A stretch of 64,000 nucleotides of DNA. It comes from Neoconidiobolus thromboides FSU 785 (Eukaryota; Fungi; Entomophthoromycota). The notes beneath the pieces were generated by a model, which did not search any database, was not told where the DNA came from, and worked only from the letters and a program-made list of their open reading frames with translations. Shown here one piece after another: positions 25,436 through 37,090 of the stretch. Within the stretch, counting starts at the first letter, position 1, and every line of letters begins with the position of its first letter. The position numbers were made by a program, and so were the translations under genes. Location: NCBI GenBank assembly GCA_025603075.1, contig MU626360.1, positions 13,531 through 77,530 of the forward strand, given 5' to 3'.

Positions 25436-26767
25436 ATGAGTTTAACCTTTGAGTTTCTATCTGAGATTTTATTAGAAGAAATTTTCAAATATGTGAGTCC
25501 AATCGAATTATTTAATCTACAATTCTTAAACAAATATCTATTTAAAGTTGTTAACAATGTTATTAAATTCAATTTAACTTATTCAATTTATAATGGATAC
25601 AAATTTAAGGAATACTATGAGTATCAAAATAAATTTATTAAGGAAAATGGAGGACTAATGAAACATGTCAGTATAGAAGGTAGGACGATTGAATGCTTAA
25701 AAGATTTTTTGAATGTAACATCTATAGAATATACACAACTATATAATAATGAAAATAATGATCAGAACAACAATAAACTAAAGATGCAACTACCAGGATT
25801 AAAGAAATTAGTTATACATTCATCTAATTACGCACAAACGTTGATGTTCTTTAAAGATTACTTAAAGCAACTTGAAGTAGTTCAGATTAATAGTCATAAT
25901 TTTACTATTGAAGATATTATCACAAATTTGAATCCAGCCAAGTTAGGATCACTTGTATTAAATGCAAATGGTAGTTCTTTATACCTTCAGGGATTAGATA
26001 TTATCAAAACAAAATTCAATAAGCTAAAGAAATTACAATTGAAGGCAGATAAATATATTTATTCTAGTGAGAATAACCCAAAAATAAATTTCACTTCTAG
26101 TTTAGAATTGAAAATTGAAGGAAAATTTAACAGAGATTTTAGTTTAGACATTCAATATTTTGGTAACTTACAGAATTTAAAAAGTGTGATGTTGTTACAT
26201 AGATATGGTGAATTCTTTAATAGAATAAATAAACGTGTCAACATAAAATCATTAAAGATATGTAATAAGGTTATTTTGGGGTATTTTGATTCAAGGCATT
26301 CGATTGATTACGACTTTTTAAGATTACCCAATCTTAAGCAGATTTATGTTAGTAGTTTAGATAATGAATTATTAAAATCAATTTTTTTTTTATCAAATAT
26401 TAAAACAATTCAAGTTCATGTTTTCCATACTTTTGGTTTTTATAGAGAAATGTTCTATAATATTAGTGATGCAAATAGTAAGAATCTTTATACAGAAAAG
26501 CGTGGATTGATCCAATGTCCATTTGTAAAAGAAATTGAAGTTAATATTTTTGCTAGTTCTTATGTTAATTTTCTTCTTTTTTTATCTTTATTCCCAAACC
26601 TTGAGATACTTAAGATTACTGATTTTTATTTAATGGGTATAGTAGACACAGAAGTAGAGCTTAAACTAACTACTCCGCTGTTATTACTTGTTACTATCCC
26701 AGATGAATCAAATTTAGCTTATGAAGAAGTGGAAAAGATCCCAATGTTAAATTGGATTAAATTGTAA
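25436..26767 (+). CDS. F-box-like/LRR (RNI-like) protein, the only intact member of a local five-gene family
   Basis: N-terminal FEFLSEILLEEIFKYV (F-box-like) followed by repeated LxxLxxLxL motifs; intronless, 443 aa. Confidence 0.75.
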   Translation: MSLTFEFLSEILLEEIFKYVSPIELFNLQFLNKYLFKVVNNVIKFNLTYSIYNGYKFKEYYEYQNKFIKENGGLMKHVSIEGRTIECLKDFLNVTSIEYTQLYNNENNDQNNNKLKMQLPGLKKLVIHSSNYAQTLMFFKDYLKQLEVVQINSHNFTIEDIITNLNPAKLGSLVLNANGSSLYLQGLDIIKTKFNKLKKLQLKADKYIYSSENNPKINFTSSLELKIEGKFNRDFSLDIQYFGNLQNLKSVMLLHRYGEFFNRINKRVNIKSLKICNKVILGYFDSRHSIDYDFLRLPNLKQIYVSSLDNELLKSIFFLSNIKTIQVHVFHTFGFYREMFYNISDANSKNLYTEKRGLIQCPFVKEIEVNIFASSYVNFLLFLSLFPNLEILKITDFYLMGIVDTEVELKLTTPLLLLVTIPDESNLAYEEVEKIPMLNWIKL

Positions 26768-27159
26768 ATTCAATAATTACTATAACTGCAGAATTTAGTT
26801 TATTAATATTAAAATATCCTTTACTTTATTTTAAATTAACTCTTGTTTTTAATTTATTCATTACTAATTATTTATCATATATTAACAGAAAATATTTGAG
26901 TTAATATATAAATTGAAACTATAAAAAATTATTATTATTAAACACCTTTTATTTTACTAATTACCAATATAAAATAATTCAATGTCTTAATAGTTTATTT
27001 AAATGCAAAGTAACAGCATCAATACTATACAACTTTAAACATATTCATAGTTAATATAATACAAGAATAATATGTACTCAATAGCACGTCAAAATTATTT
27101 TTTATACAAAAGCTTTTGAGTTATTTATAAAAAATATAAAAAATAAGGCATTTATATAT

Positions 27160-27257
27160 GGGGCTGTTTTTTTTTAGTTTCATTATTTTTCCATTTTTTA
27201 AGCGCTATTTGAGTGGAAAGATTGTAGTAAAATTCTTAAACAAAAAAACACATCCCC
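27160..27257 (-). mobile_element. MITE family A copy 7
   Basis: GGGGCTG...CATCCCC with ATAT/ATAT; differs from copy 1 by one substitution and one T in a homopolymer. Confidence 0.92.
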
Positions 27258-27602
27258 ATATGCTTATATGAAAGTTTTATGAAGTGTTCGTAAATAAAAA
27301 TAATAGGAAAAGTTCTAGACAATAAGACATACAAAAATGACTTAATGTATAAATTTGTCTTAATAAGGGTTAAAGTGATAGTTAATTAAAAATTATTAAA
27401 AATTATTAAAAATAGATTGAAGTTAATAATCTAAAGTCACAATATTTATAAGTTTAAATCAGTAATAGTTTTTCAAACAGAGGTTTTATCATAAATTAGT
27501 AAAAATTGACCATTTTACATACACTTATACACTTATAATGCATTTTGTTAGCTTTTTTTCATTGAAAAAACTGTGTAAATAATAATTTAAGTATAAATAT
27601 AT

Positions 27603-27700
27603 GGGGATGTATTTTTGTATTTAAGAATTTTACTAACAATTTTTCTATTTAAATAGCGCTTAGAAAATGGAAAAAATAATGAAGCCAAAAAAACACTCCC
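27603..27700 (+). mobile_element. MITE family A copy 8
   Basis: GGGGATG...CACTCCC, ATAT/ATAT. Confidence 0.9.
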
Positions 27701-27951
27701 ATATGTTTGTAATAAAGCTTAACCTTAGTAGTTAATTAAATGCTAAAATAATCGTAGTCAAGTCAAAGCACTATTGATTGATGTCTTAGTTACTGTATGT
27801 TAAAGCCTAACCCACTTTTATTAAGACTTCAATATGTCATACACTAAAGTTTATATCATTATAGGCAAATATCGTTTAGTTGGTGTGAGATTTAAAAAAT
27901 ATAAAAGGAAATTGAATAAAATCTTTTGTTTAATTTAAATCACACTTTAAC

Positions 27952-29335
27952 ATGAATATAATATTTGAGTGTTTATCTGAGATTTTACTAGAACAGGTAT
28001 TTGAATATTTGAATATTTGAATATTTAGACTCAGCTAAGTTGTTTGATCTATGTTTCTTAAATGGGTATTTGCTTAAGCTTACAAATAATGCTATTAATT
28101 AGAATTTAATCTATTTGATTTACAATCAACATAACGATGATGAATTTAAAGACTTTCAAGAAAGATCTATAAGGGACAACAGATCATTAATTGAGCATAT
28201 AAATATAAATGGTGATATAGTTAGATATCTAAATAGTTGTCCAAATATAATATCTATAGTCTATATTCGAACAACTAATAATAATCATAATGATAATACC
28301 AGTGTTTTTTTATATTTTTGGCAGTAACTACAATGGAATAAAGGCTGAATTACCAGGATCAAAAGGGCTAATCATAGATTCATCTAATTATTTACAACCC
28401 TTAACATATTTCAACAGGTATTTGAACCAAACGGAGTTTCTTAAAGTCTATGCAATACTATTGCTACAAATATCATTAATCCTTTAAATCCAATTGTATC
28501 GAAAGTATTAATATTAAGTTTTGGTTATAAGTTACAGCTTTACAGGTTAGATATTATTAAGAAATTCAAGAAGTTGAGCTTATTATGATTACAGTTAAAC
28601 AGCTCTGTTTGCACCTCTATTGTATTTAATTCTAAAATGAACTTTATTTCTAAAATTAGCAATTAGTGCAAAATTTGATAACCTTGATCTTAAATGTTTG
28701 GTGATTTAAATGAATTCATAAGTATAAACTTTTTAAATCACAGTACTCAATATTTTAATGTTGGTAATGAAACTAATAGAATGAATTTAATCATAAGCTG
28801 TAATGTTATTGCTTTGAGTGAGTTTGATTCAAATCATGTTATTCCTGATGATTTTTTAAAGCTAATAACGCTAAAAATAGTTTGTATTACTTATAAAGGC
28901 TTTGTTATGTTTAATTTCACCATTGACAAATATTCAAGGCACTCATTTTAGTAGTGTGTATTTCAATGTTGGGTATGTATTCAATAAATTAATTGAATTG
29001 GGAGCGATATTTATAATAAATAGTACGATTCAATAAATTAATTGAATTGGGAGCGATATTTATAATAAATAGTACGATTCAATTAAATGGAGTTTTAGAA
29101 AAAAGATAATAATTAATCATTTTGGCTATTCACTCGATATATTCTTATGCTTTTATCCCTTTTTCTAAATCTTGAGCAGCTTACAATTTCTCATTTTAAA
29201 GTAGAAGCCAAAAATACAAGAGTTTAGTATAATATCAACATTAGGTTATTACTTATTACACTTATTACGCTCAAATCTAACCTAACTTCTTATGAAGGGC
29301 TTGAAAAAATCATATTAAATTGAATAAAAATATAA
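27952..29335 (+). pseudogene. F-box/LRR paralog 2, pseudogene
   Basis: Starts ATGAATATAATATTTGAGTGTTTATCTGAGATTTTACTAGAA, homologous to 25436; fragments align through to the C-terminus; many stops and frameshifts. Confidence 0.85.
28979..29083 (+). repeat. Perfect 49-bp tandem duplication inside paralog 2
   Basis: ATTCAATAAATTAATTGAATTGGGAGCGATATTTATAATAAATAGTACG x2 plus a partial third start. Confidence 0.9.
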
Positions 29336-29464
29336 CAGCTTCCTTGTTAGACTTACTATATCATTTGTAATAAAATATCTTCATGTTTTATCTTTAAATT
29401 GTTTTTTTTTACTTTACAAGATCTTATTGAACAATTGAGTATTACTTTGATTTAGATAGCATAT

Positions 29465-29548
29465 GTGGATGTGTTCTTGTGTTTAACAATTTTTCCACTC
29501 AAATAATGCCTGGAAAATGGAAAAAGTAATGAAGCCAGAAACATCCAC
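29465..29548 (+). mobile_element. MITE family A copy 9 (internally deleted)
   Basis: GTGGATG...CATCCAC, still a perfect inverted pair; flanks ATAT/ATAC. Confidence 0.85.
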
Positions 29549-30208
29549 ATACATTATAGATTTTATAAGATTAAAATTAAGACAGTTGTTTAAATAATAT
29601 TCCCTTTGATCCCCTCTCTCACCATTGAGTAAGAACCTATTTGGAGATGAGAAGTAAAACGAATCTTATTTCGTCTTTTTGACTCGCTTCCTACCTTATC
29701 AGACAACTTCCTTTAATAACTTTGTCTCTTAAGTCAATAAAGTTGAGTAGTTGATTTTTGTTTTATCTAATAAAACACTTGTGACTTTGGTCTTTCAAGA
29801 GCAAAAAAAGCAATTTTCTAACAGTACTTAAATTAACGTTTAAAAGTTATTATTATCTTTGTATTAATTCTATTAGCTGATAGTATACAAAAATAGTCAA
29901 CTATTATTTGAAATGAATTTATACTTTGTTTACATTTAAGCTATTGTAAAAAATAAAATCAATTAGACAACATTTCACTATAAAATTAAAACAATTGAAT
30001 ACGGAATACATAAAGATAAATAAATAATTGAAGATCTTAAATGATGAAGAAATCAAGCTATTTTGTATACATTTGTAACGAATTTCAAAAGCTCTCTTTA
30101 TTTCTAAAAGTTAATTTTAAGTGATTAGAAATAACAAATTATTTATTCGAAATAATCTTTAGTATTAAATAATTTAGTCAAAATCATTATAGTCAGGTTT
30201 AAGTAATT

Positions 30209-30298
30209 GGGGATGTTTTTTGGTTTTATTACTTTTTCCATCTTTTAAGTACTATTTACGTGGAAAAATTGTTAGTAAAATTCTTGAAATACATCCCC
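30209..30298 (-). mobile_element. MITE family A copy 10
   Basis: GGGGATG...CATCCCC, TSD AATT/AATT. Confidence 0.9.
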
Positions 30299-30457
30299 AA
30301 TTATTAAAATTAGTTTTAGTCCTCATATGCTAAAGTAATTCATTGTATAGCAAAGTTTAAGTCATTAAGAGTAATTACTACTTGATTAAGTTAGCATTCA
30401 AAAAGTATAAAAGAAAAACAAAGTGGAATCTCCTTTATTTTACAATTTTATTTGAAA

Positions 30458-31491
30458 GGAGTATAAAATTTGAGTATTTATCCAAAATTTTATTATAAGG
30501 TATTTTCAAATATGTGAACCTAATTGAGTCATTGGACCTGTGTTTTTTAAATATTTGCTAAAAGCTATAGGCAAAGCTATCAAATTTAAGTTAACTCATT
30601 CGATTTATAATCAATATAAGTGTAATGGATATCAAGGCTATCAAGAGAACTTTATTAAAGAAAATGGAAAGCTAATGGGGCATGTAAATACAGCTGACAA
30701 AACACTTGAAAATTCAAATCATTATTCAAACATTGCATCTATAGTCTATAAATAATTAATTATTGTATACAAAAAAGGGTTTGATAATTATACCAAGATA
30801 GAAATTAAGCGTCCACAGGTAAAAAGATTAAATATGTCCTCAATAATTACACATATTCATTAACTTTATTTAATAACTATTTAAACCAACTTGAAGTGTT
30901 TAAACTTAATAGAGATAATTCCAAAATTAAAGACAGTATTAAAGATTTAAACCCAAATAAATTAAAGTCACTTATATTGAATACAAGTCATATATTATTG
31001 TACCTTTATGGATTATATACTATTAAAATAAGATTTAATAAGTTAAAAGTGTTATATTCAAGTACTCAGGAACATTTAGACGTTAGAGAAAATAGCTCAG
31101 AGATAGGCTTTATTTCTAGCTTGGGATCAAAAATTGTAAGAGTATTTACTTTTAATTTTAATGTCGCTTCCTTTAGCAACTTATGGAATTTAAAAAGTAT
31201 AGCATCATTTATTAGATAAGTGGGTTGATAAAATATGTATTTGTAGAACAAATCGAGATAGATTATTTTCATAGCATATTTGAAAACTTCTTTCATTTCT
31301 TATAACTAACTCTATTTCTAAATCTTAAGCTATTTGAAACTAAGGAGATTTTGCCTCTTGATGTAGGCTCAATATTTGAACTTAAGCTTATTACTCCACT
31401 ATTATTGTTTGGCAGTATTTTATCCGACCCAGATCTAGATTATTATAATCAAATAGAAAGTATTATAGTATTAGATTGGATAAAGCTATAA
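30458..31491 (+). pseudogene. F-box/LRR paralog 3, pseudogene
   Basis: Start codon is AGG, early TAA, internally shorter than paralog 1; ends ..LDWIKL* like paralog 1 (LNWIKL*). Confidence 0.85.
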
Positions 31492-31509
31492 ATCCGATAA
31501 GCAATATAT

Positions 31510-31610
31510 AAGGCTGTATTTTTGTGCTTAAGAATTTTACTAACAAATTTTCTACTCAAATAATGTGCTTAAAATTGGAAAAAGTAATGAAGCCAAAAAA
31601 AACACCCCTC
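31510..31610 (+). mobile_element. MITE family A copy 11
   Basis: AAGGCTG...ACCCCTC, ATAT/ATAT; 18 bp after the stop of paralog 3. Confidence 0.87.
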
Positions 31611-31779
31611 ATATCGTAATTATAATAAATTATCTTTCAACTTTATTTTAGTTTTTTCAGTCATTTTATCTATTGTATATTGATCTAGAAAAATATGGCA
31701 ATACATTGATCAAGCAATATTTAAAGTCATAGAACCTTGAAACAGTTTATTTTAATGCACAAAGTTTAAACGAACTGTA

Positions 31780-32220
31780 AGATAATATAACAACTCTCAA
31801 TATGTTTTGATGTTATTTATTTTCTTATAATGCTAATAAGAAACCAAAGAAAGTAGTTGAACATATTCAAAATATGAATAGTCTAATATCAATCCAGTAA
31901 GAAATAAAACATTTTATATAAAAAATCAAAATGTATATAAACTTTCAATTCAAAGTAGTGACTGAATATCTTTGTTCTCAGCAACTATGCCAAAGTTCCA
32001 GAGGCTCAAAAAAGGATATTGGTTTTATACATAAAAAGGGTAAGTTTTTAATTACTGATAAAGGTTTAAATAAGCTATTTTTATATACCAAGTTTGGTAA
32101 TTTAGTACAATTCATTAATGTTAATTTCCTTAATCATAAACATCTTGTGTTTAGGAAAAAAGCGGAAGTTAGAGGTAGATATTAAGGAATAGTTCATGAT
32201 CTAGTAAGCTTTTTGCTAAT
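31780..32220 (+). pseudogene. 5'-truncated relic of the secreted beta-propeller gene at 35305-36165
   Basis: Nucleotide homology: GTTCCAGAGGCTCAAAAA vs GTTCCAGAGGTTCAAAAA and TTTTATATACCAAGTTTGGT vs TTTTATATACCAAGCTTGGT; protein KLFLYTKFGNLV vs KIFLYTKLGILV. 5' limit approximate. Confidence 0.8.
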
Positions 32221-33410
32221 AAAGTTACCCTTCAAATAATTTTTAAGATTTATAAATTAGTAAGATAAAACAGTTTTTAGCTCAACATAAGTCAGTTGTT
32301 TAATATTATTTTTTATTGTATTTAACTTTAGTTAAATTATCGAATATACAACTATATACCTAAGTAGCTATGCAGCTATATAGCTAAGTAACTAAAATAA
32401 GGCTTTGTCTTTATGCAGTCACACATAGACTAGTTTAAACCTAAGAGATTCAATCTTTTTCCGATTAAGTTATTAAGGTTCTAAATTGATCACAAACATT
32501 ATAAAAATAGTATGATTTGTTTTACTTTAAATATCAATTGTTTTGAAAACTTATGCTATGTATAAAATGAACAAAATAGAATTAAACACCTTTAACATAA
32601 TTTCATAAATTTAAGCTTAAATTAAATTGAACAGTTTGATTTAAGTTTTTAAATTATTTAAAGCTATCTTGTACTTTTTGATATTTCAAAATAGTTGATT
32701 TAAACTTATTTTAATATACAAATAATTTAAGTTACTAACATTTTCTAGATAATACTTTTTAGTTACGTATCTATGAAGAAGGCTTAGTTTATTTAAGGAA
32801 TTTAAAACTAAAGATTCTAATGACACTATTTAATAATTGATTTCGTTATCATTTTGATATCTTTGATTATAAAAGTTTATTATTATTATTATTATTATTA
32901 TATTTATATTTATGTTATTAAAAAAGAATGATATTTAATAATAAATTAGTTTTATAAAACATTAATAACTCAAAAAATCAATTTAGTTATAGCTATTTAA
33001 TTTATTGTGCTATATCGTATAATATCGGAAAACAGTTATATCAAAAGCATGCTATAAAACTTGATTGTTAATTAATCTGGTTTTATATTATTTATTATTA
33101 GCTTTGAGCACTTTGAAATATAATTGGCTATTTATTAATTTATAGATTTTGATAAGATAGAATGGTAATTTAAGGGTAAGATTATGATTCAACAGCTAAT
33201 TGATTGATTTATTAAAAATTAGAACTTTAACTTTTTAATAAGTTGAAGAATAAAAAGTGGCAAAATAATCTCAAAGATTCAAAAATTGGAGAAATTACTA
33301 AAATTAATACTGCTTTAACCAAATATAGAATTTTTCAAAAAAAAATTCCTCCTTGAAAATAATAAAATCAAAATTACTGGAACAAAAGGTATAAATAATT
33401 GAACTTTCGA

Positions 33411-33441
<31 letters not shown>

Positions 33442-33450
33442 AATTAAATA

Positions 33451-34554
33451 ATGAAATATTTGTTACTTACATCTTTAATATTAAATTTAGTGGCTAGTCA
33501 TGCTACTATGGAAAAACCAGCTATTCGTGGAAATACCGAAAATTGGGGTTTCTGTGATAGTGAAGAAGGTTGTCCTGGACCTTGTGAAACACCCAAAGAT
33601 AAAGTAGATTATACTTATCGTCAAAAAGAAGTTTATCAAAGAGGAGCAAAGATTCCAGTTGAATGGAAAAGACTTAATCACCCTGGAGGTTTTGTAAGAC
33701 TTGCTATTGTACCAACCGAACAAAGTGATGATAAACAAGCTTTTGATCAAAATGTTTACCAATATTCTTGTTTTGAATCTAATTGTAAACAAGATGACAA
33801 TATTGATGATTCTTTCCATGGTTACATGGCTGGACCTAACTTTGCTAATAATCATCCCCAATGTAGTACTGAATTCGTTATTCCACCACATTTAGAAGAT
33901 GGTGATTATACTTTACAATGGATGTGGTTCTCTGGTGGCGTTAACACTGGTGATCGTTTCAGAGCCTTTGGTAATTATTATGCTTGTGCTGATTTAAAAA
34001 TTCGTGGTGGAAATAAAGGTGAAAAACCACCAGTAGCTTTTATTGGTAAAGATGCTGTAACTGAAGATCCAAAACAATGTCGATTCTGGGGTAAGAATGA
34101 TGAATATTCTTGTGAAAAGAGTTATGATGCAAGTAATCCAGATAAATGTCCAAGAGGTGGCCCTCGTCTTGGTGCACCTTCTGCTTTCTCTGTTGGTATT
34201 TCTGGTGAACAGTCTAATAGAGGTATCCCATTTGAAGCTCCAGAATGGTACAAACAAAAATATCCACAAGCTGATGTTATGCCACAAAGTCCAGTAAATT
34301 GGACTCCTCCAGAAAAGTATAACCCTAATCCATATAATCAAGGTGCTCCATTTATTGAAACTAATCATAACAAACAACAAAATCAAGAACAAAAGCCTGT
34401 AGAACAAAAGCCTGTAGAGCAACAAAAAAATGGACAAGATTCAGTTTGGACCCCACCTCCAGGTTATAATCCATACGCTGAAGGACAACCATTAGCTGGT
34501 AAAACTCCAGTTTGGACCCCACCTCCAGGTTATAATCCATATGGCCAAAATTAA
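33451..34554 (+). CDS. Secreted histidine-brace (LPMO-like) protein with Pro/Tyr-rich repeat tail
   Basis: A 16-aa signal peptide is followed by His17, the predicted mature His1. Also H..P..R, second His in RLNHPGG, YTLQWMW and NYYACAD motifs, and 8 Cys in the domain. Confidence 0.75.
   Translation: MKYLLLTSLILNLVASHATMEKPAIRGNTENWGFCDSEEGCPGPCETPKDKVDYTYRQKEVYQRGAKIPVEWKRLNHPGGFVRLAIVPTEQSDDKQAFDQNVYQYSCFESNCKQDDNIDDSFHGYMAGPNFANNHPQCSTEFVIPPHLEDGDYTLQWMWFSGGVNTGDRFRAFGNYYACADLKIRGGNKGEKPPVAFIGKDAVTEDPKQCRFWGKNDEYSCEKSYDASNPDKCPRGGPRLGAPSAFSVGISGEQSNRGIPFEAPEWYKQKYPQADVMPQSPVNWTPPEKYNPNPYNQGAPFIETNHNKQQNQEQKPVEQKPVEQQKNGQDSVWTPPPGYNPYAEGQPLAGKTPVWTPPPGYNPYGQN
34441..34542 (+). repeat. Duplicated ~34-bp coding repeat (VWTPPPGYNPY x2)
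   Basis: CAGTTTGGACCCCACCTCCAGGTTATAATCCATA occurs twice, 66 bp apart; EQKPV x2 just upstream. Confidence 0.9.
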
Positions 34555-35056
34555 AAAGCTTTATCGTTAATATTGTCTGTTATTTATCATTAATTAAAAT
34601 ATCAAAATTATTATTAATTTTTATCTAATAAATATAAATGCGTTTAATTTTTTATTTATTTAATAAATATTTAAAAAATTAATATATAAAATACTATTTA
34701 AGAACAGAATTTTAAAATGTCTAATTATAGTCTTGAGATAATTATAACTATTAAACAACTTTAGACTATGCTATTATTATCAATTGAATATTATAAAAAA
34801 CCCTTATAACCCCTCATCTCCTCGTTATCTTTTATTATTTAGAGAGGATGGTATTCTATAAAATAAACCATAATTATAGCCACAATTCTGATTACTTAAA
34901 TTATCCGAAAAAAGACTTTGAAGCTCCTAATACTTTTATTTCTTTATTGAATATTTAATTATTTTATCAAAGACTGGGTGATTGATACCTTAAATATTTT
35001 TAATAATAATCACAAACTAAACATATTGTTACACTAATATTTAAATAATATGAATA

Positions 35057-35154
35057 GGAGATATATTTTTGTGTCTAAGAATTTTATTAACAGTTTTTCC
35101 ATCTAAATAGTGCTTAAAAGATGCAAAAAGTGATGAAGCCAAAAAACATCCCTC
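35057..35154 (+). mobile_element. MITE family A copy 12
   Basis: GGAGATA...CATCCCTC-ATAT; diverged. Confidence 0.85.
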
Positions 35155-35304
35155 ATATCTTGGACAATTTTTTATAAAATAAAACTCTATTTTAGCTGTA
35201 TGTATAATAAGTTAAAGTTAAATGTAAAAAAGATTAACATTAAATAATCAGTTTATATTAAAGTAAATAAACATAATACTAAAGTGATATATAGTATAAT
35301 TTAT

Positions 35305-36165
35305 TTAAAGAGTAATTTCATCAACAAGAAGTTTACTTGACCCTGAATTATTTCCTAATACCCATACTTTACTTCCATCTTTTTCGCTAAACACGAGATG
35401 CTTGAGCTCAAAGAAGCTAGCATCAATGGTTTCCACTAAAATACCAAGCTTGGTATATAAAAATATTTTATTTGAGCCTTCACCAATAACTAAAATCTTA
35501 TCGTTTTTAATAGGTAAAATGGATACTACTTTTTGAACCTCTGGAACATTAGCAGTAATTGGTGCATAGAAACTTGCTTGATCATTGTACACAGAAAGTT
35601 CAAAAACATTCTTATCTTGGGCATAAAATAAGCTATCTTTTGCTTCATCCATAACGAAATGATTAAGATCTCCAAGATGGCTAAGTATTATTTTTGGTTT
35701 ATCAGTACCGTCACAAGAAAATAAAATACCATCTTTAGTAGCTCCAAAGATAGCTCCACTTTTAGTCAAAGCTAAGCCTGCCACCTGTTGAGTTGATAAT
35801 TCACTAAAATCACAATAAACTTCAGCACTATCGTATTGTCCAGCACCTTGTTTAGTAGCTTTATAAATTTTTCTATCATCCAAATTTGCAAAATAAAGAT
35901 TATTCTCATCAAATAAGGTAGCAGTTGCTTTAAAGTTTCCTGAGCGGATAAATAAGGCTTCTTTATACCCATTAATAATTCTAAAGTATCTACCTTTACC
36001 TTGAGATTCATTATGGAAAGAGGCATACACAGCTTTATGGGTTGGATCATAAGCAGGGGCATTTACAGAGGTATCTAGATTGGATAGCGATTCATTTAAA
36101 TAATTCTTAATTTGCATACCAGTAACCAGCTGGCCAAGAACTAAGGTGAATAAAAAATATTTCAT
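35305..36165 (-). CDS. Secreted protein with probable beta-propeller fold (SMP-30/NHL-like), intronless
   Basis: Signal peptide; repeated short beta-strand patterns (LYFANLDDRKIYK, GLALTKSGAIFGAT, KILVIGEGSNKIFLYT); 286 aa. Fold is inferred. Confidence 0.65.
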   Translation of the reverse strand: MKYFLFTLVLGQLVTGMQIKNYLNESLSNLDTSVNAPAYDPTHKAVYASFHNESQGKGRYFRIINGYKEALFIRSGNFKATATLFDENNLYFANLDDRKIYKATKQGAGQYDSAEVYCDFSELSTQQVAGLALTKSGAIFGATKDGILFSCDGTDKPKIILSHLGDLNHFVMDEAKDSLFYAQDKNVFELSVYNDQASFYAPITANVPEVQKVVSILPIKNDKILVIGEGSNKIFLYTKLGILVETIDASFFELKHLVFSEKDGSKVWVLGNNSGSSKLLVDEITL

Positions 36166-37090
36166 GATTATTTTGAATATATGATCCTAATTTCTAATGA
36201 ACTTCAATGTAACTTTTATATCTTTATATATTTTTGGTTCTTATAATATCTACTATTAATTAGAGTAATTCCATTTATTAAATGCAATTATATCACTGGT
36301 TATATATTCACTTATATTCATTATAGCATATATAATTAATTAAATGCGTGATATGATTGTTTAGTATTCTATGTCATGTAACTTATTTATTGTTATACTA
36401 TATTTCTGACGTGTTTTTCTTATAATTTAGATGTTTACAGTCCAATTCTTTTTTTGGTAAATAAAATACTCTTATTATTCTCGTGAGAAAAAAGACTATT
36501 ACTTTAATAAAAAAATAATTTAGGTAAAAAAATACTAAAGACAAAAATAAATGAAAATAGTGAAAAATCAATTTTGGCTCTACACAGACTCCTATTTAAG
36601 GCTCTAGACTTTGATAGTTATAATGCTAATATATTTGACAGTAAAATTATAAAATTGAATACTTTGGAACTTCATAAGAAAAATATATACATATTATTAA
36701 TAAATCCTTTTTAATGATAATAAATAAATACATTGACTCATTTAAAACCATATATTAATATGTAATTATTAATCATGAAATAATTCATATCTTTTCTGAA
36801 TAAATCATCTTTTTGTTGAATGTAATGCCCTCCAATGCTTCACCACAATAAAAATATTAGAAGCTCAAATTAGCTAATACAAAAGACAACAGTATATCAA
36901 CAAGGTTTTTTTATTCAGATAGTTTTATTTGATTATCTACTGCTTTTAGGATAAATAACATAGATATAAGTAAATAAATTAAACTATATCCACAATTTTA
37001 GCTTTGAATATATTAAGAATACAGTAAGTTCTTTAAAATAAATTAAATTATCACATTCTATGACTATTTACTATTTTTAAATTAATATAT

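Noticed and set aside
29321-29323. In-frame TGA at a conserved Trp position in F-box paralog 2 (recoding or selenocysteine?)
   Set aside because: It is one of many stops and frameshifts in a pseudogene; intact genes use the standard code with TGG for Trp.
32878-32900. (ATT)n microsatellite, and TATA-like boxes upstream of several genes
   Set aside because: Expected by chance in such AT-rich DNA.
33487-34437. ORFs overlapping the LPMO-like gene; likewise those overlapping SSADH, thiolase, NMO and BMS1
   Set aside because: Shadows of real genes with no independent motifs.
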